Assembly (NCBI GenBank): GCA_021613535.1
Contig: CP075497.1
Location: forward strand, 3,286,001-3,350,000
DNA length: 64,000 nucleotides
Direction of reading: 5' to 3'
From: Adineta vaga
Lineage: Eukaryota > Animalia > Rotifera
Part shown: in pieces, positions 40,301 to 53,920 of the stretch
Layout: the number at the start of each line of letters is the position of its first letter
How positions within the stretch are numbered: position 1 is the stretch's first letter
Notes under the pieces: model-generated
What the model saw: the letters and a program-made list of their open reading frames with translations, nothing else
The model's database searches: none
Told to the model about the DNA's origin: nothing
Position numbers and translations under genes: made by a program

Positions 40301-40901
40301 GAAATAAACGATACAATGTTAAAGGACTACGTGAACGATGAATGCCACCATCAGATGTATTCGCTGATGATGATGAACAACTACGATGAATAGATTTTGA
40401 TTTAATTGCATGCCATGATGTACGTGGATGATCCGATGATGATGTTGTATCATCACCTTCAACATCAGCATCATCTTCTGTATCTCCTTCAGCACCGACT
40501 ACACCTGAACTTAAACGCATTGACCATTCCGAAAGACTTGTTGCTTGACAATTTGGAGGAACATCTTGTTGTTGTTGTTGTTCTTGTTCGAATGCTAGAT
40601 GATGATAATTTCGATCTTCATATAAATCCCAATGAAAACCTTCATATTGACTGTCACGAAGTTGTGCTGGAGCTTTACGACAATAACTTCCATACGATGA
40701 AAATATCGATCGATGACCACTAAGCCAAAGTTCATCATCATCGGGATTATCAACAGACATTTCATATTCTGGTGGTTGCTGTTGATCTTGTTCTTTTTGT
40801 TCAGTTTTTTGTTCCATTGGTGAATGAACACTTGTTAGATGGTCATTAATCGAATCGAGTAATTGAGAAACTAATGTTGTTCCACAGTTCTGATTGAACA
40901 T
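37385..40901 (-). CDS. RUN-domain protein (RUSC/iporin-like) with a long Ser/Thr/Pro-rich N-terminal region; about 5 exons; start uncertain
   Basis: DLCPLLREVLEDGL..LWRLI..KFNGFIYHLLK|..LASWL..YYEPWAF..LEKLSPLPFRL follows the RUN block pattern; upstream low-complexity ORFs 38563-39876 and 40023-40940 have flanking splice sites. Confidence 0.7.
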
Positions 40902-43900
40902 AGGGCCACCTAGAAAAAGAATGAAAAAGAAATTTGTCAAAATTTGATTTTGATATGAATAAACTTCAATGTCTTGCGCTACCTCATTGATGACCTCAAC
41001 AACATATTATTACTGATTGATATTACTTTACTATGGTCGGACAAATGAATGTAACGAAAGATAGACACTAGACATTTATTTTTTCTTTTCTCTTTTTCGG
41101 TTTTTTTTTCTCACACTCTGCGTGTTAATGATGATAAGCTTGCCAACTATATTTCGAAATAAGACATCGATAGACGAAAGAGAATGAAAACGTTCATAAA
41201 ATGATGATGAGAATTGTAATAGTGTTGATTTGTGTACTAGATATTTTTCTCGAAGTTGTCCCGACAAGATGAGAAGAAGAAGAAGAAGAAGAAGACCATC
41301 ATTATCGATAACGTCTCTTATTTGAGAGTTCGTATGCTTGTAAACAAGAAAGGCAAAATGTGAAAAAAGAAGACGAGAAAAAAGAACAAAAGATAATGGG
41401 AAGAAAATTGAAAGAGTATTCATACATGCATACATGTACGAAAACATGAGTACTTCTCCTTGATTCAAATGGAAAGATTTGACTTTTTAACAAAAAGTGA
41501 AGGAATCTCTTCTCTCTCTCTCTTTTATTTTGTGATAGTAGGATTATATTGATGTATATAATATAAGACTTAACTTCTTTCTTTTCTCATCTATAAAGAT
41601 TGATGCAAAGGCCGAGTATACAAGTGATGATAGGAAGTAAAGACGAGTATGCAAGGCTTCAATATTGCCATCGTTTCCTCGTACGATGAAGAGAACATCA
41701 GAGAGGATAAGAGAAAGACAGAGGAAAAAGCGGAAGAACAAGAAAGGCGGGCTCTAACAAGCGACGCGAAATAATAATAGACTTATGCAGATGTTTTCTC
41801 AAATGGCTACTTTGATGCTTTCAGTTGTTAGAAAGAGATGTATCGTATCGATTTGGTCTAACCTTGAAACGCATGATTACACTCATAGAAGAAAATGAGA
41901 AGAAAAGAAATAGAATAAAAACATAATTATTCGATTAGTTTTACTTGTCGATCTATTGTTACTAACGAAAAAAAGTACGAATTCAATTGATTATTTCCGA
42001 TAGGAATCTTTATTGATAAATATAAATATTGGAGATCAATATTATAATAAATACCTTCTTTCTTTTACCTAGAAGATTGAATGAGAGATAGAGATACTGT
42101 TCAATCCTTATTCTTTTACATTAAACATGAATATTATCATCCTGTATCATCGTAACCCTCATCACTAACATGCGCATGATTTCATGAGATAGATAAATCA
42201 TATTCGCTTACTCGAGAGCATACAAACGTTCGTATGCTCATACGATATTCATATCTTATTCTGATACTTTTATTTTTCTTTCCTTTTTTTTGCAAGAGTC
42301 AAAGCACTAACATGTGCATGTATGTATATATGAACGGCCTCCAACTTTTTCCACTCCTCATATGTGCTCTTACCTCTCATCTCTCTCTCTCTTTCTTTCG
42401 TTTTTTTGCTTCTTCTTCGTTTTATACGTACTTGTTATCATTAATAGGACAATTTCAAGCCATCTTATTCTAGGCCTTTTTTCATACACTGATGAATTAA
42501 TACGAAAAGACCTTCATTTAGAAATATATTTATTGGAAAGGTCTCGTCTTAAGATATTTCACACTCATTTTGAGCTAAACTGTCTCGTTTTGATCGACTA
42601 ATATCGATTAGGTGCGAATGCGAACAGCTGCCGATTTCAATCACTATATATTCAATGTTAGGAGTTACCTGTATTAAATTTATATCACGCATATGATAAT
42701 TAACAAAAAAGAAAAAGAGAGTAAAGGAGTTAACATTCTGCTCGACACCTGGTACTGTCTTATTACACAACACTATGCATTTGTTTAACTAGAAGAGAAA
42801 AGAATAAACTTACTGATTGTCGTGTACTGACCAATCCGAAGAACATATAGATGTGTGTATTGAACCTTATTTGATTTTTCGTTTTTTTTGCTTTTGATAA
42901 TATCAAGAAAAACGATTGCACGAGAAAAAAAGAAATTAGAATTGATCCGTTAGTTGGACGTGGGTGTATATTTGTCTTCGTTTGTTGTTTCTTGTACTAG
43001 CAAATGATGATAGAATGATGAGGAATTTAGGTTGTGTGTGTTACATTCTGCACGCACAATAACAGAAAGCAGGGTTAACAAGAGAGAGAAAAAAAAAAGG
43101 GAAAACGGAAAAGAAAAGACATCGTCGTCTATATTTTTTCTTCGACATCGTCTTCTTTTTTTCCTCTTTTTTTTTCTTTCTTCAGTTGCGGGCACTAGCA
43201 GTACATCATGTATGCCTTAGCTGCCTGATTTAATCAAGAGGCGACCCGTTGTTTGTTCTCTTTTCTTTCATTTCTCGCTCGTTTCTCACTTCTTCATACT
43301 GCTTACAAAGAAGCTATCTCAACCCGTTTTTTCCCTATTTTTTTCCTTTCCTCTTCTTCATCGGCTCGGATCGGGTGTCCGCCAACACATCTTCTTACTA
43401 TAATACGCGAACTTCTTTTTCTTCTTTTGCTTCTTGGGTTGTCTGTCAAAAATGACGACGAGAACAGTAAAAGATAGAATTGTTCAATCGTCATTTTTTC
43501 TTCATTCGTTCTTCCTCTCTTTCTGTCATCTTAGGTTTTACCCTAGTTCAAGAATGGTATTTTCCCAAAAAAAGAATATTCTCGAATAGAACTATTGAAT
43601 ACAAACAGAAGTCTATTCAATGTGGAGAATCGCAAAAATAAAATTCTAGAAGTCTTATTGTATTCTTTCTCAAATAACAAATGCATTCAAGTTTCGATTT
43701 TCTGACAGATAAACTAACTAACTCTTTGACAATTCTAGAAGAAAGTCAATGATAAATTATTTGCATCTTAACATTCATTACTGATATGTCAGTTAATGAC
43801 AGAATCAAAAGATAACAGTAACTCTGATATATATATATAAATATGTTTATTCTTATCAGTAAGAACCTTGTAATCGTTACTCGAATTCTTTTACTGATAG

Positions 43901-44541
43901 TCTTACTTGAATGATTTCGAAGATATATGTTTAACATCATTGAATATACAAATATATGTATGTTTATTGAATGAGCACTAAAGTGTAATGTAATAAGATA
44001 TTGAATATCAAAATATTGCTTTTCGTTCAATATGAGAAGGAACCTTGCATCGAACTTGACCTCATTTCTTTGTCACTTATTGTTGTATGTATATCCACTA
44101 TGTTAATCAAGCAGCAACGACAGCAGCAAAATAATAACAGAAGGAACAATTGATGGGAATAGAACAGTTGAACTTTTGTATATATATATATATACATACA
44201 CAAATAAAAAGAAATGAGAGGTCTAGTGAGAGGGAGAAGAAAAAATGTATTTTAATTCGACTCTCATAAGTAATATGGAATAGAGACATTTGTCGCGTGA
44301 GACAAAACGCGTTTCATCTATGTCAATTTTGCAAATTGCTATAGGTGTTAGACTAGACAGACACTAGCTCCTCAAGTGTGATAGACATCGATCAAATATT
44401 GACTCTTTCTTACATTCACAGAAATATATATGTATCAAAAGATAGAATACAATACATTTATTATCATCATTTGTTCAAGACCATTGAGTATGAATACAAA
44501 TGCCAAATAAAAGATATTCAAAAGAGAAAAACAACATAGAA

Positions 44542-44885
44542 TTATGGAAGAACTTCAGCATTAGAATTATCACCATTAAGATTGTATTTCACTCGAAGTT
44601 GATCGCGTACTGTTTCATGTTGTTGTCGAATTTCATTGAATTCACGTCGACTTTCAGCAATCTCTGCTGTTCTATTTGCATCTTCTCGCCTGTCTGCTGT
44701 TTGCCGAGACCACCGAGCACATTGATCACATTTACGACATAAACAACATACCTAAATATAGAATATTTATTTTCTTCGAAATATATGATATTTTGTTTTC
44801 TTACCAAAAGCAAAATAAGAATAAGAGCCAATACCACAGCAATCACTGCCAATGTTACAATGACTTCTGTTGTAAGTACCACCAT
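44542..44885 (-). CDS. ~96-aa single-TM protein resembling the C-terminal half of PTTG1IP/PBF; intron 44804-44752
   Basis: MVVLTTEVIVTLAVIAVVLALILILLL|VCCLCRKC...RREFNEIRQQHETVRDQLRVKYNL: TM helix, Cys cluster, charged helix and R-x-KY-x-L motif. Confidence 0.6.
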
Positions 44886-45550
44886 GATTAATTAACACTA
44901 AAAATAAAGATTTTTCGGTGTCTGAAATAAGAGAAGTATTAATTGATTAAGTCTCGAACTAAATATTATGAATCTAATTTGCAGATATCAAAAATAATAA
45001 AAATCTTCTTCGAAATCTGATCTAATTGGATTGTCTAGAAGTATTCATGCGGAGAATAAGAAAAACATGACTTCAAAGATGAATCATCGTCTAGCACAAA
45101 CAAAAGAAAATTAGATCCATTACTCACACATCCAAACAATTCTAGAACTTTTTTCTTCATCACATTTTCAAATTACTCATCATTCTATTCGATAGAATTC
45201 AATAGTACGAAGGTTACTTACATCCAAACTATCTCTCTTCACATATTTATGTACTTTATTTATCGTCGAAGTTACCTTTTATATGATTTGTAACTTTCCA
45301 CATGATTGATTTCTGCTTGTTGATATATAACGAAAAAATAGCAAGTCAATGTGATTCTTTCTTATTTTCCATTTACAAAAACATTTAGTTCCTATACATT
45401 CGCACTGTGTTTTTGAAAATTATGAATCATTCATATATCTCCATTACTCAACAATTCATATAAGAACCAAAAAAAAGAGGGAAGAAAAAGAGTCATTCGA
45501 CATTCATAAAGAGACAACAAAGAAGAAGAAGAAAAAACAAATCGAATAGT

Positions 45551-46583
45551 CTAATTATTATTAAGAATTCGTATGACTACCGTTCCATCGATATTCGGAA
45601 GTGGTAGATCATAATCATCAATTTTTTCATTAATAAATTGTGTATCACCACCGAGCCAATTTTCATTTGAAGCACGATGTTTAACAAAATAATCCACTGA
45701 AGTAGATAGATTTATACTATTTCGTTGATTTGTTGAAGATATATGTAATCGTGGTAGAATATCGTTAAGTGTAATGGATTCAGGAGGAACAGCAACTTGA
45801 ATAACAAATGGAGTATCGCTATCAGGTAAAAAATAAGCTACACGGGTTTTTTTCGTTGATGTTGCTAAAGAAAGAATAAAAAGTCATAGAAAAGAAATGA
45901 TTCGAAAACAAATTTTACATACATTCAACTCGAACACTTCGATTATGATGATGATGATGTTGTTGATGATGTCGTTCAGTGGATTTCGTTTTTGTTTGTA
46001 AGGACAATGATGATGAATGAAGCTTACGTGATCGTTTTAGGTCACTTTCAGTTGGATATGCACTTGTATTACTGACTAACGTCGATGTTGATTTAATTTG
46101 AGTATGATTTTTTGTAAATTTTCCTCGTCGATATTCATTCCAAATTCTTGAATTAAGAAATTGTCGAATGACATCTGTTTGAGTTTCTAAATACATTAGA
46201 AGATCATCGACAACTCCATCGAAAAAATGTTCATCAAATTGTTTTCGTCGATAAATATCACGTAATTCTATTCGACGCTGTAGAGGTAACCAGGGTAAAA
46301 TCGATTCATTTTCAATATAAGTTTTATAAGCTGCTCGTCCAATTTCATGTAATTGATGAGGATCATCTTTTTTCTCATTTAATACTAAGACAATAGCATA
46401 AACAGCACCAAGTGAAGCTGTTTGAGGTGAATTGATTAAAAATTCGAGAAATAATTTCGATGTTTCTGAATTGGAAATGATTTCATGTGCAGATATTGTT
46501 CGTGATAATTGAGAAGAATTATTTGCTGGTACTCGATGTGCTAATGATGAACGGTGAGAACATTCAGTATCACTGAAAGACAT
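45551..46583 (-). CDS. AXIN: Minimal Axin-like protein (RGS + DIX), 324 aa; exons 46583-45923 and 45864-45551
   Basis: RGS-like IISNSETSKLFLEFL..AYKTYI..FFD..YLE..RQFLNSRIW; DIX-like TRVAYFLPDSDTPFVIQV..ITLNDI..YFVK..EKIDDYDLPLPNIDGTVVIRI. Confidence 0.78.
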
Positions 46584-47176
46584 GGTGTATTTGCGTTTCG
46601 ATCAAATGATGTTCAGATTGTTTTCGTATGCGATCGAAAGAAGGAAAAACGTTAACGAAATGATAGTTTATCAAATATGTATAGACGGTCTTTCCTTCTT
46701 CTTCTTTTTCGTTTCTGTTCAATTCGTCTTTTTCTCCGTCCAACCGACGCGTCGGCGATCGTTTCGTCATTATTGATGTGTCAAGACACTCCCAGATGGA
46801 AAGAGAGGAAAAAAATTTGAAAAATATATTTCAGTAACGTATATATGCACGCACATATTCAGATGTTTAATCCGTCTATTCCTTTGAAGACGATCAAAGG
46901 AAAATGCCGATTTTAATAGTTGTCCGATTGAGGAAACAACAACCATTGCACACATTTAATTGGATAGTGGCATCAAAATAAGAAGAGATGCCGAAATGCA
47001 TCATACTTAGTAGCGCAAAAGAAATAACATTAAGGTGTGAAAAACACTAATCTCTGACCTCATTGCATATTGAAGAGAATTTATTTGCTTGAAATCATTT
47101 CTTTTTTATTCAACAAGATATTTATTATCTTGTTAAAAACACAAAACAAAACAAAACGAACAATTTCATGTTAGAT

Positions 47177-48473
47177 TTAATATGGTTTTCGATGATTAGA
47201 TTTTTTCTTTGATGTTATTGGTTGTTTCTGATCGTTCTCAGTATTTATCGTTGTCGATGACGGTTGCCAACGTACCAATTGTCCATCATCACTACAGGAA
47301 TATAGTGATGATTGATATGTAACCGCTGCTCGTATTGTTTCCGAATGAGGCGAATGAAGAGGTAATATGATTGGTTCACATTGATTTGATGAGACTAATG
47401 CAATATTCATTTTACCCATATGATCACACATTAATAATGGCCAACTGGAATCTGTTTCTTGTAGAACAGATGGTAATAGATTATTGATTTTATTGTCAGT
47501 AAGTAAATCAACAATTGTTGAATGTGTTGATGGAAGATGATGAATCACTTTTGAAGAGTTCGATGGTGTTTCTATTTGTTCCGCAAGAATTTCGCTGTCA
47601 GTATCTCCTTGAATAAGGACTTGTTGTTGTTCTTCATCGGAAGTTGACCAAACATAGAAAGCATTCGATGCAGTAATTCCATAAACAGTATTATATTGAG
47701 CAAAGCCACATTTAGCAATAGGACCATTAGCATTGTATACCTAGAATATATACACTTGTTTTCATTCATTAGAATTTTTAATTCAAATACAATACTTGTT
47801 CAAGTGCATCATCTTCCGTTGACTTTCCAACATCATATAAACAAACAAGACCATCTGTTGATCCACTGATGAATTTCTTTGAATTCATTCGACAAAATTC
47901 AACATGAATTATATCATCGGAATGAGATTCTGTATAATATCCTAATAGTTGTTTATTCATAGGTGATCGTAAATCCCAAAATGAAATAGCAACATTTTCT
48001 TCACCTTTCAATTCACTTCCAGCAGCAACTAATAGATCTTCATTATTGCATGTTATTGAAAGAAACTTATGTTCATCTGAACAACCATTCAATTGAAATG
48101 TTTCTTGTTGTGGTGTTCGTGTATCCCATACTAGAGCGAAATTTTTGTTGGTTGAAGCGAATAATGTATTAGGTGAAACATAAGCAAATTGAATCGAACT
48201 TATAGTAATTGAAGATGATGAATCTGTATTATCAAAATTATTTGAAGTTGAAGAAAGCGATGATAGTTGTTTTAATGTTGTTGCATCAAATAATTGAATT
48301 GTACTAGGAACAGTTAATACAGCAACTTGATTTCCAGTACTATTAATAGTTAAATCAATAGCATAACAATCATTTCTTTCCAATGATGATCGTACTGAAC
48401 TCTTATTTGTATAGATCAATGGTGCAGACGAAGTCAAAGTAGATTGACGTGTATTTGTTGGCTTGATTTTCAT
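47177..48473 (-). CDS. WDR89: WD repeat-containing protein 89; 2 exons
   Basis: VWDTR, AAGSE..ISFWDLR..LLGYYTESHSDDI..SGSTDGLVCLYD..EDDAL, HSETIR. Confidence 0.85.
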
Positions 48474-48735
48474 ATCTAAAATATCTGTGTAGATAGATGT
48501 ATAATGCAATGTTTATGTAAACTTCTTCTAATCTTATATTCGTTGTATCATATTTCATGAATGATTATTGTGAAATAAAAATAATGTGTTTTAGAAAGTT
48601 TATTCTTTTAATCTCCTTTTTTTGTGTTGAATGAAACAGTAGCAACAACAACGACAACAATACAATAATAAAAACAAATATGAAAAACTACTTTTATGGT
48701 ATTATAGTTTGCTGTTAATTTTAGTTTTAATGATT

Positions 48736-49167
48736 TTAATAAACATGAACGATTCCATAGAGAAATGTCCAAAAGAGTACATAGGTAAGTAGACCATTGA
48801 AAAATCCATTAACAAAAACATGATTTAAACTGGTAAAAAACTTGCGATGTTCACGTCGAATAAACGCAAAGATAAGAAACGATAATAGTATCATGGAAAA
48901 TGCATAGAAGAGAAATCCTTTATAGGATGTTAAACCAATAATACCCGCAACACAACCCGATAATGCGCTGACAGATGTTCGACATTGTTCAAGACTATTT
49001 TCATTTAAACGAACAGCAATATCACTATATAGAAGAGAATCAGCTTTTCGTTTATGATTACCAGTTGAGGAATGTGATGATGCACCACTTGGTGATAAAT
49101 GTGACGTTGAACCAACAGGACGTGAGGCTGTCGTACGACGAATTTGCATTTCACTATTTGCTGACAT
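48736..49167 (-). CDS. EMC6: ER membrane protein complex subunit 6
   Basis: CRTSVSALSGCVAGIIGLTSYKGFLFY and C-terminal LLTYVLFWTFLYGIVHVY. Confidence 0.95.
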   Translation of the reverse strand: MSANSEMQIRRTTASRPVGSTSHLSPSGASSHSSTGNHKRKADSLLYSDIAVRLNENSLEQCRTSVSALSGCVAGIIGLTSYKGFLFYAFSMILLSFLIFAFIRREHRKFFTSLNHVFVNGFFNGLLTYVLFWTFLYGIVHVY

Positions 49168-49421
49168 TGTTTTAGATAAATGATTGGTACAAAGAGATTA
49201 GAAAATCGAAGAAAGGTAACTAGTAGAGTCCTCAGTTGATGTACATCTAAAAAACAAGAGAAAGAATGTAAATAAAAAAGTATCATTTCATGAATAACAA
49301 TGGTGGTTTTAACGTTAATATGACAACGGAATATTCACTGGTTTTAAATAACAATAAAGAAAGTGAAGGTTTGGGAGGGAGAAAAAAGGCAGAATATAGA
49401 GTCATCTTGATTGAATCAGTT

Positions 49422-52187
49422 TTAAACTGTTTCACGTTTATATAAATAAAGATATGCTAAATCTTTTGGTGGATGTTCGGAAAGTGCCACATTTTCATCA
49501 TTAAATATCACCCAACGACCATCTTTGAGGATATGTGCCACATAATGACCAGATGATGGATGATTACCAATATGTGAAATGAAAGCCATGAGACGATATT
49601 TACCAGTACCATCACGATAGTGTGATTTCGTTTGTTCTACATGTGGTGATTGAGGTAATGATTGAACTAGAGTATTTAAAGCAGAATCATCTTCAGGTGT
49701 ATTAAGAGCCCAATCGACAGCTGCTTCGACATTATTATTCGATGATGTTAATGCACGAACAGCATGTGCACGTGAAAAGCCCATGGACATAACGATCCCA
49801 ACACTTTCTTCATCAATCTAGAAATTGATTAATATATACATATAAATAAATTGAAGTTTGATTTGAAAGGAAAAAACTTACTGGTGGAGTTTGTTCTACA
49901 CGAGCTCTTTTACTAGGTGCTTGATAGGGTGTATCAAAGTCTGGATCTGTTTGATGTTCAAATACCCAATTCATTGCAGCTTCGATATCACTATTTCCTG
50001 TATTGATCAATGCACGTTTACAACCTTCAGTTGAAAAACCCATATCAACAAGTTGTTGAAGAAGAACTTCATTAACATGAACATTCGATGTCGAACCAGA
50101 CGTATGTCTTTTCGATTCATCATCTAAACAATGAAAAATTCGTTTTTATTATCGATGCTAAATATTCGAAAATTTACCATCTGGCATTATTGTTTCACCA
50201 TGTTGAAATCCTGTTGCACGTAATGAATTCAAATCAATTTCATCAGGAATTTCCATAGATACATCAATTTTCTTTGGTGTCCAATCTGCATTGAATGTAT
50301 ATTTTTTCAATTGAATGAAAAGATAATCTGGAAAAGTTTGAAATTTTTGTGTTTTTCTTATTAACGTTCGACGACCAGTACGTGGTAAGATATAATCATT
50401 GATATCTTCTGGTGCAGCCCAACGTGAAATGGCTTCTGTAAGTGGTATAATTGGACGGACAATTGGTAAATCATTTGTTTTTTGTCCTTGTTTTTGCATA
50501 TCTTCTTTACTTTTATTATACTGAAGAACTTCATGCATATTTTTTGAAGCTTCCAATGGAATGTTTAATCGAAGCATCGAATCAGGACGAGTTAGATAAC
50601 GAACTTGACTTGTTTCTGGACAATAAATTCGTTCTTCAAGTTCAAATTGAAAACAAGTACTTGGATCAAGTGCTGGATCTGGTGTTGGATCTTTTAGACA
50701 ATGATTATGTACTTGTTCAATGTAATATTGAAGAAATTCAGCTGCATCTTGCTGTTGTTTTGTACCAAAATCAGGATGATTACGTCCAATTAATGATCGA
50801 AACATTTGTGGACGAATACCTGACGGTGGATGTAATTGTGAATCACTATTTTCAGGAACTTGTTTAGAATATTGTCCAGAAAGAAGACCAAAAGCTAATT
50901 TTGCAGTTTGAGCATTAAAATCATGAGCAGGATCTTTAGCTTTATCAAAATAGAAATCACAATGTTTATAATATTTATCTTGAAAATCTTTTAGAGTAAA
51001 TAAAACTTGTGTCACCGAATTCATATAACATGAATTGCCTAAATTTCTCATTCCAGTATAACCTATGAAATACATAATTGCATGATTAAATTGAGTAAAA
51101 TGGAATGTATATTTACCTGGTCCATAAACAGGTTGTAATTTAGAATTGGCTTCTTCAATCATAGATGCTTCACCATATTTTTGATTTAATTCAATTTCTA
51201 AATCAGCCATTGATCGATCACTTTTTTCCATTTTCAACATATTGATACCCCAATGTGATAAGTGAATAGCAAGATTTGGATCCTCAACCATATCATCCTC
51301 ATCATATGAATAAACATCAGCACCTTTAGCAGTTATTGTTCCTAAAATAAAATACAATAAATATTTAAACATAAAGATCACGACTACACTCATGGATTCA
51401 AATCAAGTAGATATATTCTAACAAAATTTTATAATCATTCAAATAGAAGATCAACTAGAATAAGAAATTACTAACCGAGTTTAACAGCCAATGGATATTT
51501 TGTTTTCTTATAATGTTCAGATGCATGATTATTTCCTCCAGTTCCATCATAAAATTTTCGTCCACAAAGAATAGCTCCATCGGTTAAATTCAACCATAGA
51601 TTATCTGTCAAATCACAATGTTCACATTTCCATCCATTTGGTGGAATTTTTCTTCCATTATTCAATTGTTCTAATGTTTGTGTGTGTTTAGTTACTTGTC
51701 GTATTTCTCCATTCCATGTTGCATTCATTAATGAACGTTCTTCTTTTAAAAAAGCAGAATCTGCTGAAATAATTGCATCAGCTGACCGTTTGACAACATC
51801 CGGTAGTTGTTGTGCTTCATCTGGATATGAAATTGTTTCATTTGGATGAATATAAATTGCATATTTTTCGTCGAATGTAAATCGATTCGATTGTGTAACA
51901 TCAAATCCACCTTCAACACCAATTGCTAGTTTTGTAACTTTCGTTGATTCAACAGTTGGATCAACTGGTACTGGTAGACGTTTTCGACGAATATGTAAGA
52001 AAACATTTTTTCCTGGATTCATTTGACAATGTCGTGCAAGATGATCTTTTCCAACACCACGAAATGTTGACATACAAATGTAAAGACCATGTTCTGATTC
52101 TGGATTATCAAATGAATAAAGACATTCATCTTTATAAACATTATCATTTGCACTAGGTACTCGAACATTTTTGAAACGATCAGCCAT
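49422..52187 (-). CDS. USP5: Ubiquitin-specific protease 5/13 (isopeptidase T; ZnF-UBP, USP and two UBA domains)
   Basis: VYKDECLYSFD, NLWLNLTDGAILCGR..GGNNHA, MRNLGNSCYMNS, QQDAAEF, two MGFS UBA domains, SHIG..SGHYVAHI..WVIFND. Confidence 0.95.
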
Positions 52188-52300
52188 AATAAATGAATCT
52201 AAAAGCAAATAAACACCATGTACAAGAAAGAATTTACAAGAAAATTTACAATGACTAGCGAATTATTTTGAAAGAAAAGAAAACGAATGTACAAAATTAT

Positions 52301-53920
52301 TTAGTTTTGATTCATATCTTGTTCTTGATTTGGTATTGTTTGATCGTGTTCTGCAGAAGAATCACTACTTAATGATTGAGAATGATTACGTTGATGCCAT
52401 TCATGTACTTTCGTTTGACTATCAGTTGTTTCCGTAGAGTTTTTTATTGTATTTAATTCATAATCATCAATGACTGATGGATCACATTCATAATTTGTTG
52501 TCATTAAACCATAACGTTCAGATGATTCAGATTCGGATTCAGATTCATTTTCTTCATTTGGTATTATATCATCATCTTCATAGGATGATGAACTTTCTTC
52601 CTCATTTTCATTTCTTTGCTCATCAGAAACAAGTGAATTTTCTTCACTATTCGAATTTTCGTCGTCCTCTTCACTTTCACTCTGTGATCTCGATGATAAA
52701 TGACGATGTTCTTCGTCTTCATCCTCAACATATTTCTAGAGCAAAGACAAAATTCAAATTTAATGAATAGAATATCATTTGTGTTAATTAACCTTTTGTG
52801 ATACTTGTTCAAGAGTTTGCCGTGTATTTTGTGTTAATTTATTTACTTGATTTGAAGCCGCATCCAATGCATTCATTATTTTACACATTTGAGCTTCAGT
52901 TGAAGCAAGTCGATCTTGTAATTGAAATATTTCATTGGTTGTTAGATTATTTCCTGTTTGATTGGTTCCAAGTTTTGAACTAATAAATGATAATGAATGT
53001 TTCATTTCATCAAGAGTATGATCCACTAGAAAGATTTTGTTTGTCAAAATAAAATGATAAATTTAAATTCAATATATCATACTTAGTTTTTGTTCTCTTG
53101 TTAATTTTTCTTCATTCTTTACTTCTTTCTGTTTTTTTAATCGTAAATATTCCACATAATCAGGGTCTAATCCTAAAAAATTCATGATATTTATCTTTCT
53201 AATCTAGAGACGAATAAAATTACCGTTATACAGATCTTCATCATCTATCTCATCAGTTTTATCGTGCTGTTGATTGATATTATAATTAAATTTTCTTTTT
53301 TGTGCATTCCATTGAATATCATTACTTGAATAACGGCTTTTGATTCTACTTTCTTCAGTATTACGTTTAGCCCAATACTAAAAGAAGCGCATATATCAGT
53401 AATTGAATAGATCGATTTTCGAAGAGTGTATCATACTTTGAAACATGTGTAAAGAAAGAAAACTGCGATACCAACAGTATACATTGGTAAGGCAAATCGA
53501 ACAGCTGATTTTGAACCGATTTGATTTATCGTTGTTTCTGGTTGATTATCAACACCAGAATGATGACGTTTTCGCATACGTGATAATGAATCCTGAAATA
53601 AAATAAGAAAAGATAATGTCTTTTTTTTATTTACAATAATCACGAACGAGTGTATGTTCATAACCATCTTCATTATCTTTGTCGTTGTCTGATATTGATG
53701 AAGGTGGTGTTGGTGATGACGTTGGTAATGGTGTTCGAAAATCTATAATAAATATATAGTATTATTTTTCTAATTACAAAAAATTCTTACGTTCATGTGG
53801 ATGATGTACAGGTGCAGATTGTCTGGAACGAAATAATGGTAAAAACACGCGTGGTATAAGAACAGCAAAACAACCGAATACAATAGCAAAAACAACACTT
53901 GGTCGTGCTAGCAGAGACAT
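52301..53920 (-). CDS. RIC3: RIC-3 nicotinic acetylcholine receptor chaperone; multi-exon
   Basis: N-terminal hydrophobic VVFAIVFGCFAVLIPRVFLPLF, Pro-rich linker, TM FALPMYTVGIAVFFLYTCFK, coiled coil LQDRLASTEAQMCKIM, acidic tail. Confidence 0.85.

Noticed and set aside
41076-44300. Many short F/L/S- or K/R/E-rich ORFs
   Set aside because: They are translations of pyrimidine/purine tracts and microsatellites in regulatory DNA, often starting at TTG or GTG, with no motifs
45551-45864. Dishevelled or Dixin for the DIX exon
   Set aside because: The DIX domain is C-terminal and splices in frame to an RGS-like exon; no PDZ or DEP domain
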